The notes under the pieces are model-generated. The model had not been told where the DNA came from. It saw nothing but the letters and a program-made list of their open reading frames with translations, and made no database searches. A program made the translations under genes and the position numbers. Shown piece after piece: positions 30,260 to 40,289 of a stretch of 64,000 nt of DNA (position 1 is its first letter; each line of letters opens with the position of its first letter). The DNA comes from Akkermansiaceae bacterium (lineage in GTDB: Bacteria > Verrucomicrobiota > Verrucomicrobiia > Verrucomicrobiales > Akkermansiaceae). The DNA is taken from assembly GCA_051251915.1 (NCBI GenBank), contig JBPOGF010000011.1, forward strand, positions 64,001-128,000, given 5' to 3'.

Positions 30260-31120
30260 ATGACTGACGGTCAAACATTCTACCTTATTCTATTAGGTTT
30301 TTATTTGACCACCGGTCTCAAAACAGGATCAAAAGACGCCTTTATCCTAAGGAATAAGTTTAGTTTTAAAAAAGGATGGTCACTAGGCCATCCTTTTGCC
30401 TTCCTCGGAGGCACCCAGAAATCCGTCTTCTTCAGCCACATCTCCCCTATCTACTCCTACTCCATTGTCGCAAATCAAGACAACAATGACGCCAAAATCC
30501 TCCCTCCTAGGCATGTAAAACGTATCATCCGCATCATTGCCAATGCCGCCAGCCGTATCAGGTTTCTCTCCTTCATCGTCTTCTACCTCTACTGCATTAT
30601 CGTCCCAGTAGTCTACTTCCAACACGGCGACACCCCCATCACCTACATCGCCATTCTCATCGCGCTACTCTTCCCCATCTTCCCCACCATCTGCTTCTTC
30701 TTCACCCATAAGAAAATTTCACCAAACGAAAGCAACGTCCGCTGGAAAAATAGCTTCTACGCCATCTTCATGCCCTGGCACGCCATGCGCCTAGCAGATT
30801 TCCTCTTCCAGAACCCCCACCTTAGCCAGATCCACCCCCTCAGCTACGCCAACATCACCACAGGCGAAGCCTCCCAAACCTACCTCTCCCAACAATACCG
30901 CAACACCCTACACAGAACCACCAGCCTCTACACCAAACAGGAATTCCAACAATTTTTCCAGAATTCAGACCTCACCCCACAAGACTTCACCACTCCCCCC
31001 ACACCAGAAGACCCCACAGAACAGCAATACTGCCCCTGCTGCCACAGCTTCTTCACCGACCAAACCAACCACTGCACCGACTGCGAAAACTTACCTCTAG
31101 TTAAAATACAAGAAATTTAA
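30260..31120 (+). CDS. Hypothetical membrane protein with C-terminal Cys4 zinc-ribbon-like motif
   Basis: TM segments; YCPCCH...CTDC near the C-terminus. Confidence 0.65.
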   Translation: MTDGQTFYLILLGFYLTTGLKTGSKDAFILRNKFSFKKGWSLGHPFAFLGGTQKSVFFSHISPIYSYSIVANQDNNDAKILPPRHVKRIIRIIANAASRIRFLSFIVFYLYCIIVPVVYFQHGDTPITYIAILIALLFPIFPTICFFFTHKKISPNESNVRWKNSFYAIFMPWHAMRLADFLFQNPHLSQIHPLSYANITTGEASQTYLSQQYRNTLHRTTSLYTKQEFQQFFQNSDLTPQDFTTPPTPEDPTEQQYCPCCHSFFTDQTNHCTDCENLPLVKIQEI

Positions 31121-31229
31121 CTCCTGCTTCATAGCCATATTAGCTCTCCAAGTGTAGAACTATCGGCTCTACCCAGATAAAATCAAACTGATCATCCTCC
31201 AAGTTTTCACAGAACACATGAGATCTCTG

Positions 31230-31895
31230 CTATCGACGTCGACGTTGAATCGCTGCCAGTGCACTCAGACCGAGTAGCAGGATTGAACTAGGCTCAGGCA
31301 CACCAATCAGTCGAAAATCGTGTCGGCTACCGTCGGGGTTAGCACCGGCGTCCCAGGTAGCACCGCCATCCTCGCTAAAGTGATGATTCCCTTGGTTAAG
31401 AAGTGACGTCCAGAAGAAGTCATCTTCGGCGTCGTCAGATGTGTCTGTGACAATCGAAATCCAGTAGTTCGTCCCAGCATTGAAGCTAAAACCAATGTCG
31501 GCAGAATAGTCGTAAATGTTGGTTACTCCAAATAAGTCGACACCAGAATCTTGACGATTGACGGCATTACCAACATTGAAGCTAGCAAGTATCGAGCTAC
31601 CATTCGGTGCACCAGATGCATCTGCAAAGATTGAAATCGTAAAGAGGTCTGTCTCTGGTGCCGTTTGAGCACTGCCTAGATAAACTCCAGTCCACTGGAT
31701 ACCCGTAACGGTCGTCGCGGAAGCAAACATAACATCGTCAGCCTGCATAAACCCACTATCTACGTCAGATCCAAAACTCTGGTTGACTCCTGAAGATCCC
31801 CCAGCATTGTTGTCGAAAAGAATGGTTTGCCCCATGGCCAGTCCGCTTGAGAATACGGTCAATAAACAGAAGTAAGTATAAGGTGATTTCTTCAT
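31230..31895 (-). CDS. PEP-CTERM sorting domain protein
   Basis: Signal peptide; C-terminal VPEPSSILLLGLSALAAIQRRRR. Confidence 0.92.
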   Translation of the reverse strand: MKKSPYTYFCLLTVFSSGLAMGQTILFDNNAGGSSGVNQSFGSDVDSGFMQADDVMFASATTVTGIQWTGVYLGSAQTAPETDLFTISIFADASGAPNGSSILASFNVGNAVNRQDSGVDLFGVTNIYDYSADIGFSFNAGTNYWISIVTDTSDDAEDDFFWTSLLNQGNHHFSEDGGATWDAGANPDGSRHDFRLIGVPEPSSILLLGLSALAAIQRRRR

Positions 31896-32174
31896 AGTAT
31901 TTTTTTAATATATTGGTTTACAGTATAGGAATAAAAACTGTGATGATCATTTTTTCCCAGACATCACACACTATAAGGAATTGATTATAAGACATCAAGC
32001 ATTTTATCGTATGGCAATCGAAATCAGCCACTAACATTGTACAACATTAGTTACAGCCTTAAAGCATGGCCTCACCTTCGTCCATTATGTGAAAGTGATG
32101 CTAAGCTGACCACTTCTTCCAATAACTAAGCCAAAGGACACAGTCCCTGAATTGTGAAAACCTGACTACCCTCC

Positions 32175-33464
32175 TCACGATTTAGCCCTAATCTCCACAG
32201 ACTTCCCGTGCGCGTCCAAACCTTCCACCTTAGCAAACTGCTGAACGTGCTTAAGCGATTTCTGCACAGACTTCTGATCCATCCTCACGATGCTTGTGCG
32301 ACGTTGAAATTGATCAGCACGGATACCAGAAAATGATTTACCAGATCCTCCAGTAGGTAAAGTGTGACTAGGCCCAGCCAAGAAATCACCAACCGCCACA
32401 GCACTGTAGTTCCCTGCATAAATAGCTCCAGCCGTGCGAACTTTATCCAGCCAATAATCCTCATCTTCCACAATCAATGAAAGGTGTTCAGGAGCGAATT
32501 GATTACAAATCACCATCGCATCATCCAAATCCTTCACCTGAAGCGCAAAAGTCCCCTTCTTAAGAACATCCTCAATGTAGTTCACCCTGCTAAGCGACTT
32601 CATCTGCTTATCAACCTGCTCCTGCACACGAGTTATCAAAGCCTTTGAATCTGAAATAAATCCAACAACACTATCACCACCGTGCTCAGCCTGAGCCAAC
32701 AAATCAGCAGCAATAAAAGCAGGATTCGCAGACTTATCCGCTATCACCAACACCTCACTAGGCCCAGGCAACAGATCAATAGAAACCGCCCCCACAAGCT
32801 GCCGTTTCGCCTCCACCACAAAACTATTCCCCGGCCCAAAAATCTTCTCAACCGAGCGCACCGTAGTCGTCCCCAATGCCATCGCCGCAATAGCTTGAGC
32901 GCCACCCACCTTAATAATCTCCGTAGCACCAGACTCCTTCAGCGCATAAAGAAGCGCAGGATTCACCTTCCCATCAGCCCCCGCAGGAGTTGCCGCCAAA
33001 ATCTCCGGAACACCAGCAGCCTGAGCAAACGCAGCAGTCATTAGCGCAGTCGACATCAACGGCGCCTTGCCCCCAGGAACATAAACCCCCACCCTATCAT
33101 AAGGCACAAATCTCTCCCCCACCTCAGCACCCTGAGCATTCTTATATTTCCAATCTTTCCGCATGCTACGCTTCGCAAACGCATGGATATTCTTCTTCGA
33201 TGCCGCAATCGCAGCCTTAGTATCATCATCCACCAAACCCTCAGCTTCCTCAAGCTCAGCATCTGTAACATAAAGTGATCTAGAGGTAAGTTTTAGCCCA
33301 TCAAACTTCTCAGTGTATTCAAAAAGCGCTTTATTACCACGCTGTTTCACATTCGCAATAATGTCCGCTACAATCGTGTAGAGATCATCCGTAGGCACGG
33401 CTTTCCGATCTAAATTTTTGATAAATCTAGCGTAACCTGCATCTTTATAGCTTAGTGTCTTCAT
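32175..33464 (-). CDS. hisD: Histidinol dehydrogenase
   Basis: GVYVPGG, GGAQAIAA, KIFGPGN, GPSEV, DLLAQAEH, APEHL and GPSHTLPT. Confidence 0.97.
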   Translation of the reverse strand: MKTLSYKDAGYARFIKNLDRKAVPTDDLYTIVADIIANVKQRGNKALFEYTEKFDGLKLTSRSLYVTDAELEEAEGLVDDDTKAAIAASKKNIHAFAKRSMRKDWKYKNAQGAEVGERFVPYDRVGVYVPGGKAPLMSTALMTAAFAQAAGVPEILAATPAGADGKVNPALLYALKESGATEIIKVGGAQAIAAMALGTTTVRSVEKIFGPGNSFVVEAKRQLVGAVSIDLLPGPSEVLVIADKSANPAFIAADLLAQAEHGGDSVVGFISDSKALITRVQEQVDKQMKSLSRVNYIEDVLKKGTFALQVKDLDDAMVICNQFAPEHLSLIVEDEDYWLDKVRTAGAIYAGNYSAVAVGDFLAGPSHTLPTGGSGKSFSGIRADQFQRRTSIVRMDQKSVQKSLKHVQQFAKVEGLDAHGKSVEIRAKS

Positions 33465-33579
33465 GGCGGGAAATTCTTAGAGACTCTTCCCCATGATTGC
33501 AAATGTTTATGACTTCAATTGCCCAGAAATTCTCAATAACAAATCTTCCATCTTCCAAAATCTGAGCTATGTATCAGCC

Positions 33580-34872
33580 ATGAATTTTCAGCACAGTATC
33601 GTGAATGGCATCTACGTAGCCACTGCCGAGATGCCTCACATGGAGTCAGTCTCAGCAGGTATCTATCTACCTACTGGCAGCCGGTACGAGTCTGCAGAGC
33701 TTAACGGAATCGCCCACTTCGCTGAACACATGATTTTCAAAGGAACCCAAACCCGCTCAGCACTAGACCTAGCCATCCAAGTAGAAGGTGCTGGCGGCTC
33801 CATCAATGCCTTCACCACAGAAGATCAAACCTGTGTAGAAACCCGCGGCCCCTCAGAACTTCTCCCCCAGTTCGTAGAAGTCATGAGCGACATGGTTTGG
33901 AATTCCAGCTTCGAGCCTGAAGAAGTAGAGCGCGAGCGTGAAGTCATCGCAGAAGAAATAGTGATGTACCAAGAAAACCCAAGTGATCACATCCATGACC
34001 TCCTTTCCGAAGCCCTATGGTCCGGCCACCCACTCGGCAGACCCATCACCGGAACCGAAGAATCAATTCAAGAAATCAATGCTGACGCCCTAAGAGAATT
34101 CACCCAGCACCACTACCTAGCAAATGCCCACGGCCTAACACTCGCCGTAGCAGGAAAGGTCACCCATGCCGAAGTCTGTGAAATCGCCAAGAAAAACTTA
34201 CCCGTAATCGCAGAGAAAACTGAAGCAAACGATGATTTCGAGAAATATTCTCACACTCTAACAGAACCTAACAACTTCGTCCACCTGCACGACCAACGTG
34301 ACATCGACCAAGTCCACCTAGCCATCGCATTCCACACAGACGGCAGACACTCAGACCATCGCCATGTCCTCCGAGTCATGAGCCTCATCATGGGTGAGAC
34401 CATGAGCTCCAGACTATTCCAAGAACTCCGTGAAAAGCGCGGTCTTTGCTACCACATAGCCTCTGACTACAGCCTCTACCACGACACAGGAACCTTTGAA
34501 ATCCACGCCGGACTCGATGCCACAAGACTCGAAGAAAGCCTCCTCGCCATCAATGAAATCCTCCAGGAAATCCTCAAAAATGGCTTCACCAAAGATGAAC
34601 TAGATCAGACCATTTGTTTCGCATCAGGACAGAGCAAGATCGCACTAGAAAGCACCCACTCGCGCATGAGCTGGATGGGAGACTCATTACTCTGCTTCGA
34701 TAAAATCATCGACCCAAATGAATCCAGAGCCACCCTCCAGAGCACCACACTCGAAGAACTTAGTGATTTAGCAAAGCAGTTATTTAATACCGAGAATATG
34801 GCTGTGGCCAGCATCGGACCACAGCGCGCAGACGAAGTTCAGCAACTAGTGCTAGATTCCCTGACCTTCTAG
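33580..34872 (+). CDS. M16 family (pitrilysin-like) zinc peptidase
   Basis: HxxEH (HFAEH), NAFT, EREVIAEE and SSRLFQELREKRGLCY. Confidence 0.92.
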   Translation: MNFQHSIVNGIYVATAEMPHMESVSAGIYLPTGSRYESAELNGIAHFAEHMIFKGTQTRSALDLAIQVEGAGGSINAFTTEDQTCVETRGPSELLPQFVEVMSDMVWNSSFEPEEVEREREVIAEEIVMYQENPSDHIHDLLSEALWSGHPLGRPITGTEESIQEINADALREFTQHHYLANAHGLTLAVAGKVTHAEVCEIAKKNLPVIAEKTEANDDFEKYSHTLTEPNNFVHLHDQRDIDQVHLAIAFHTDGRHSDHRHVLRVMSLIMGETMSSRLFQELREKRGLCYHIASDYSLYHDTGTFEIHAGLDATRLEESLLAINEILQEILKNGFTKDELDQTICFASGQSKIALESTHSRMSWMGDSLLCFDKIIDPNESRATLQSTTLEELSDLAKQLFNTENMAVASIGPQRADEVQQLVLDSLTF

Positions 34873-35432
34873 AACCTAAGCGTAAAGCCCACATCAAAGC
34901 CCCAAGTCTGCTCTTGCTCGATACCTGATACACCAAGAAGTTCGTAATCATCGAAGAACATTCTTCTCACTCCCGCCTTGAAATCCAAATTTTCAGTCAG
35001 ATGAGCACGCGCCCCAACGAAAACCTGCGCGTAACCGTAAATATCATTATCCAATTCCCCTACCGGTGAATCTAGTGAAGCATATTGTCCACCTACACCC
35101 ACACCTCCAAACACTGAAAACGCAGGGTTCATCTGGTACTCAACCTCGTAGTTGAGCACGATGGTTGTAAACAAAATACTTGTATCCAACGTGGAATCTA
35201 GTGTCTCATCGTAACCAATGTACTCAAGCCCCAGCTTATGAGTAGCCACTTGATCCTGATAAATGATACCCTGTCCTTTAATAAAACCAAACGCCCTCTC
35301 AGAGTTCTCCATGTAGCCGATTCCTGCTTCGAAATCCCCACCACCCCAGCTACCTTGAGCTGATGCCTGAGTGCTACCTATCGCTCCTGCCACAGCAATG
35401 ACAGCCAACTTGTTTTTCATTGTATTCTTCAT
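34869..35432 (-). CDS. Outer-membrane beta-barrel protein (OmpA-like/opacity type)
   Basis: Signal peptide, alternating beta strands and C-terminal Phe (GFTLRF). Confidence 0.8.
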   Translation of the reverse strand: MKNTMKNKLAVIAVAGAIGSTQASAQGSWGGGDFEAGIGYMENSERAFGFIKGQGIIYQDQVATHKLGLEYIGYDETLDSTLDTSILFTTIVLNYEVEYQMNPAFSVFGGVGVGGQYASLDSPVGELDNDIYGYAQVFVGARAHLTENLDFKAGVRRMFFDDYELLGVSGIEQEQTWGFDVGFTLRF

Positions 35433-35438
35433 AAATAT

Positions 35439-35777
35439 TTATTGCTTCTTAGATTCGAGACTCCCCCTAAGAGAATCTCCATTCCTACTCACAAATTCCC
35501 GCTTCCTTTTAGATGACTCCCTTTCATGCTTATGATGATTACCACCATGAAAATCATCATCAGGATCACTCCCTAACATTCCATCCAGCAACCATGATAA
35601 GGAAAAGAACCCGCTAGACTTCTCTCGCGTAGGCACCTTTTCATTCTCATAAAGCGAGATCACTTCCGGGCTGGAATGCCTTATCCCACTACTTTGGACG
35701 TCCACATACTCTGTCTGCGCACAGCTTGAAATAGTAACGATCGACATACCGGATAATAAAAATTTAAGCATATTCAT
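35439..35777 (-). CDS. Hypothetical lipoprotein
   Basis: Lipobox ISSC; immediately upstream of the OMP gene. Confidence 0.6.
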   Translation of the reverse strand: MNMLKFLLSGMSIVTISSCAQTEYVDVQSSGIRHSSPEVISLYENEKVPTREKSSGFFSLSWLLDGMLGSDPDDDFHGGNHHKHERESSKRKREFVSRNGDSLRGSLESKKQ

Positions 35778-35901
35778 CTAAGCTATATGAACTGTGACGT
35801 AAGCCAATTCAACTCTATTCACCCTACCCCAAAAAAAATTAATTTTCTCTTGTCTCACCGAAGCCATCACTCAGTCTGTCCGGAAGATACAACTAATCAT
35901 T

Positions 35902-37128
35902 ATGGCTACTAAGAAAACAACACCTGCATGGGAGAAATCCATGCCAGAGGAACAATTTGAATGGATGAAAAAAATACTAGCTGCACCTAGCCCTATCGGT
36001 CTGGAAGCAGCCATGTCATACGGCGTGATCAAGCCGTTCTTCGAAGAAATTAAGCCTAAGTCATGGGCCATTCACCAGTTCAAAGGAAATGCAGGACTCG
36101 TTCTCGACTCCCACCCTGGTGAAGATGATCGCACCTCAGTCATGATCATCGGACACGCAGACAAGATCCGCCTCCAAGTCCGTAGCATCGGCAAAGATGG
36201 TAAAATCTGGGTGAACAGTGATTCGTTCCTCCCATGCACACTCATCGGACACGAAGTGAAACTATTCTCACAAGAGCCAAAGAAGCCAGGAACTTATCGC
36301 CTGATCGAAGGAGGCACTATCGAAGCCCTAGGCGCAATCCACTTCTCTGAACCAGGTCAACGCACCGGCGAAAAAGGAATCAAACCAACCGAACTCTACC
36401 TCGAGCTCCAGATGCATGGAGAAAAATGCAAAGAAGAGATCGAGAAACTAGGCATCCGCGCAGGCGACCCTATCATCCTAGACAGACCTATCCGCAAAGG
36501 ATTCACCAAGGACACCTACTACGGCGCATACCTCGACAACGGACTCGGATGCTTCATGGTATCAGAACTAGCACGCATCTTTGCCAAGAAGCCACTGAAA
36601 AACATTCGTGTGCTCTACACCATCGCTACACATGAAGAGATCGGTAGATACGGAGCCACCGCCATCGCAGGTGAATTGAAGCCAGACATCCTCATCGGCG
36701 CAGATGTGAACCATGACTACGATGCAGCTCCAGGCCTAGGATCTAAGAAAATGAACTCCCTCGCAATGGGCAAAGGATTCTCCATCACTGGCGGATCAGT
36801 CACTAGCGAGTATCTCCATTCACTCATCGAGAAATCATGCCAAGCACGAGACATCCCTTACCAAATGGACATGTCAGGCAGAGACACAGGCACAGACGCC
36901 ATGGCTGCTGCTCTTGCAGGCTTTGACAGCGCTGTAACTTCCGTCGGATTCCCTATCCGCAACATGCACACCATCTCAGAAACAGGTCACACCAAGGACA
37001 TCCTAGCTGCTATAGCAGGCATGGAAGCCACCTTCCGTGACTTAGATGAGATGAATGATAACAAGGGCATCACAGTGGATGACTTTAAGAATAATCACCC
37101 AAGACTAGATACCATTTCCTGTATCTAA
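35902..37128 (+). CDS. M42 (M20/M25/M40 clan) metallo-aminopeptidase
   Basis: GHADKI, YLDNGLG, HEEIG, DVNHD, GTDA and PIRNMHT. Confidence 0.88.
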   Translation: MATKKTTPAWEKSMPEEQFEWMKKILAAPSPIGLEAAMSYGVIKPFFEEIKPKSWAIHQFKGNAGLVLDSHPGEDDRTSVMIIGHADKIRLQVRSIGKDGKIWVNSDSFLPCTLIGHEVKLFSQEPKKPGTYRLIEGGTIEALGAIHFSEPGQRTGEKGIKPTELYLELQMHGEKCKEEIEKLGIRAGDPIILDRPIRKGFTKDTYYGAYLDNGLGCFMVSELARIFAKKPLKNIRVLYTIATHEEIGRYGATAIAGELKPDILIGADVNHDYDAAPGLGSKKMNSLAMGKGFSITGGSVTSEYLHSLIEKSCQARDIPYQMDMSGRDTGTDAMAAALAGFDSAVTSVGFPIRNMHTISETGHTKDILAAIAGMEATFRDLDEMNDNKGITVDDFKNNHPRLDTISCI

Positions 37129-37142
37129 CATCTATTTCTAAC

Positions 37143-37182
37143 AAATCGACTAAGCACCTCTGCGCTTAGTCGATTTTTTTTT
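37143..37182 (+). terminator. Rho-independent terminator
   Basis: AAATCGACTAAGC-loop-GCTTAGTCGATTT followed by a T run. Confidence 0.88.
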
Positions 37183-37342
37183 GCCAAGTTTGCGAAACTT
37201 TGAAGGATAGTTATCTCGCATTTAATAAAGCCCATCGTTCCTAGGAAGCTTGGAATATTCATAAAACATAGTTGTCTTTAGACCTGATTATTTGGTAGCG
37301 TAGGAGCACTAAAAACAACACCACTACATTACCATTTTGTCT

Positions 37343-39310
37343 ATGAGAAAAAAAGCCACTAAAAAAACCGCCAAAGCCGTTCAGATCGACGAAAATACCG
37401 AGTTCAAACCCTCAAAAGAATTTTCTAAACAAGCACGCGTAAAGAGCATGGCTCAATACAAACGCATGCACAAAGAATCCATTGAACAGCCAGACATCTT
37501 CTGGGCAAAAGAAGCAGATGATCTCAAGTGGCAAAAGAAGTGGGACAAAGTGCTAGACTGGAAAGCTCCTAATGCAAAATGGTTCAGCGGAGCCAAACTC
37601 AACGTCTGTGAAAACTGCGTAGACCGCCACGTCGAAGAAGGTAGAGGCAACAAAGCAGCTATCATCTGGGAAGGTGAACCGGGCGACAAACGCGTCATCA
37701 CCTACCGTCAACTCCTCCGTGACGTTTCAAGATTCGCAAATGCTCTAACAGCGGAAGGAATAAAAGCAAAAGACAACGTCCTCATCTACATGCCGATGAC
37801 GCCAGAGGCTACTATCGCCATGCTAGCTTGTGCCCGTATCGGAGCTGTTCACTCAGTAGTCTTCGGCGGCTTCTCAGCAGAATCCATCAAGGACAGACTC
37901 GAAGACTCTAAAGCCGTAGCCGTGATCACCTGTGATGGTGGCTGGCGCCGTGGTGGCACAGTAGCCCTCAAAGAAAACGTCGACGAAGCTCTCAAAGGAA
38001 ATAAACTCGTCAAAACAGTCATCGTCCAAAAACGCATCGGCAACGATGTAACCATGAAGAAAGGCCGCGACAAATGGTGGGATGAAGCCATCGAAGGCAT
38101 GTCAGCAGTTCACAAGCCAAAAGGCTTCACCTCCGAGCACCCACTCTTCATTCTTTATACCTCAGGATCTACCGGGAAACCAAAAGGCATCCTCCACACC
38201 TCGGGCGGATACATGGTCGGCACATATGCCACCTGTAAATACATTTTCGACATGAAGGAAGATGATGTCTACTGGTGCACCGCAGACGTTGGCTGGATCA
38301 CCGGACACTCATACATCACCTACGGCCCACTCCTAAATGGAGTCACCCAGATCATGTATGAAGGTGCCCCCAACTTCCCTGACTGGGACCGCTTCTGGAG
38401 CATCATTGAGGAATACGGAGTTTCTATCTTCTACACCGCACCCACCGCCATACGCGCATTCATCAAAGCCGGTGACCACCATGTCGAAAAACACGACCTC
38501 TCATCACTCCGTCTCCTCGGCACGGTAGGTGAGCCTATCAACCCTACCGCTTGGATGTGGTATTACGATAAAATCGGTGGTGGCAGATGCCCTATCGTTG
38601 ACACCTGGTGGCAGACTGAAACAGGAGCCATCATGGTTTCTCCACTCCCTGGTTGCACACCTATCAAGCCCGGAACCGCAACACTTCCATTCTTCGGAAT
38701 CGATGCCGCCATTCTCGATGAAGAGGGCAACGAGTGCAAAGCCAACATCCCCGGAAAACTCGTCATCAGAAAACCTTGGCCATCAATGCTGAGAAATATC
38801 TACGGAGACAAGAAACGATACAAAGACACCTACTGGAGCGACTACGACGGCATCTACACCGCAGGTGACGGCGCGCGCAAAGACAAAAAAGGCAACATCT
38901 ACATCGTAGGTCGCCTCGATGACGTTCTTAATGTCTCAGGCCACAGACTAGGAACCGCTGAAGTAGAAAGTTCCCTCGTCGCTCATAAAGCAGTAGCTGA
39001 AGCCGCTGTAGTAGGCAAACCTCACGACATTAAGGGTGAGTCCATCGTCTGCTTCGTCACCCTCAAAGGCTCCGCTAAACCTACAGACACACTCAAAACT
39101 GAACTCAGAAACCACGTTGGCAAAATCATCGGCGCCATAGCCAAGCCAGATGCCATCCATTTCGCCCCATCACTACCTAAGACGCGCTCGGGTAAAATCA
39201 TGCGCAGACTGCTCAAGGAACTCGTGAAAACCGGAAAGGTCACAGGCAATATCACCACACTAGAAGACAGCCGAGTAATCGATCAGCTACAAAAATCAAT
39301 CAAAGGATAG
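37343..39310 (+). CDS. acs: Acetyl-CoA synthetase
   Basis: YTSGSTGKPKG, WCTADVGWITGHSY, DTWWQTETG, SGHRLGTAEVES and PKTRSGKIMRR. Confidence 0.97.
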   Translation: MRKKATKKTAKAVQIDENTEFKPSKEFSKQARVKSMAQYKRMHKESIEQPDIFWAKEADDLKWQKKWDKVLDWKAPNAKWFSGAKLNVCENCVDRHVEEGRGNKAAIIWEGEPGDKRVITYRQLLRDVSRFANALTAEGIKAKDNVLIYMPMTPEATIAMLACARIGAVHSVVFGGFSAESIKDRLEDSKAVAVITCDGGWRRGGTVALKENVDEALKGNKLVKTVIVQKRIGNDVTMKKGRDKWWDEAIEGMSAVHKPKGFTSEHPLFILYTSGSTGKPKGILHTSGGYMVGTYATCKYIFDMKEDDVYWCTADVGWITGHSYITYGPLLNGVTQIMYEGAPNFPDWDRFWSIIEEYGVSIFYTAPTAIRAFIKAGDHHVEKHDLSSLRLLGTVGEPINPTAWMWYYDKIGGGRCPIVDTWWQTETGAIMVSPLPGCTPIKPGTATLPFFGIDAAILDEEGNECKANIPGKLVIRKPWPSMLRNIYGDKKRYKDTYWSDYDGIYTAGDGARKDKKGNIYIVGRLDDVLNVSGHRLGTAEVESSLVAHKAVAEAAVVGKPHDIKGESIVCFVTLKGSAKPTDTLKTELRNHVGKIIGAIAKPDAIHFAPSLPKTRSGKIMRRLLKELVKTGKVTGNITTLEDSRVIDQLQKSIKG

Positions 39311-39315
39311 TCAAC

Positions 39316-40182
39316 ATGACCAACAAACAATATTTATTCGCCAATTTTTTGAAAAAATTCGGGGTCCTAAGAAAACAAAAAAGGCTTCAAGATGCTGCTT
39401 TGGAGCTGCAACTGCTCAAAGAGGCTGAAGAGATTCTAGGTCGCAATGTTTGGACGAAAGTTAAAGAATTAGAGCACTACAAAGTGAACTACTGGGGCAT
39501 CAACAAGTTGCTTCACGAGAGAAATGAACTCAGTGACAAGATTCAAGACATCAAATCAAAGATCGAAAGCATCAAACAAAACCAGGAAACTCGGTTTAAA
39601 GAAGTGAATAACCCTGAACACAACGTTGAGGAAATCTATGAGAAACAAAAGATTGTTGTTAATAAGATTCAAGCCGAACAAAAGGACATTAGCGATATTG
39701 CAGCTAACATCAAAAGAAGTTTTGATGGAGCTATGGCCAAACTAGACGCCCTCACCTCTAATGACGTTCCTGATTCTGAAATCAATTCCGAAAAAGCAAA
39801 GATCGAACAGCTAAAGAAAAAATTCTCCGATCTAAAAGAAAAGAAAACAATCTCTGACAAGAAACTAGCCAAGCAAACTGCCATTCTAGTGAAGATTTCT
39901 GATTCACTTCAGAGCTCTAAAAACACCTACAAAGATAACGCCGCAGGCAACTACGAGATCATGGGTAAAGCCAACAAAGCCCTCTCAGCTTACCGATCTA
40001 AAATTGGTCTTCTAGACAACAAAATCATCACCCACTACAACGAGATTGGTAAAAATATCAGCAAAGAATGCTTTGCAGATGATGACTGCAGAAAGGCAGT
40101 AAAAGATAAATTTAACCTCTGCAAGATCATGAGGTCACTCCGACAGTCTATCGATTACAATCACAACCTAGCCGACAGATAA
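39316..40182 (+). CDS. Hypothetical Lys-rich coiled-coil protein
   Basis: 288 aa ORF with a heptad-like K/E/Q/L pattern; starts 5 nt after acs. Confidence 0.7.
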   Translation: MTNKQYLFANFLKKFGVLRKQKRLQDAALELQLLKEAEEILGRNVWTKVKELEHYKVNYWGINKLLHERNELSDKIQDIKSKIESIKQNQETRFKEVNNPEHNVEEIYEKQKIVVNKIQAEQKDISDIAANIKRSFDGAMAKLDALTSNDVPDSEINSEKAKIEQLKKKFSDLKEKKTISDKKLAKQTAILVKISDSLQSSKNTYKDNAAGNYEIMGKANKALSAYRSKIGLLDNKIITHYNEIGKNISKECFADDDCRKAVKDKFNLCKIMRSLRQSIDYNHNLADR

Positions 40183-40289
40183 AAAAGCTAGATCTAAACA
40201 ATACAATAATCTAGCCACTCTCACTCACCCTGATACTTGACCAGAGTGAGTAGAGGTCAGCTTTCTAAAATCTCTATCTTAAAACTATA

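Noticed and set aside
40213..40256. CTCACTC/GAGTGAG inverted repeat between convergent genes
   Set aside because: Short stem, large loop and no U tract; at most a weak terminator.
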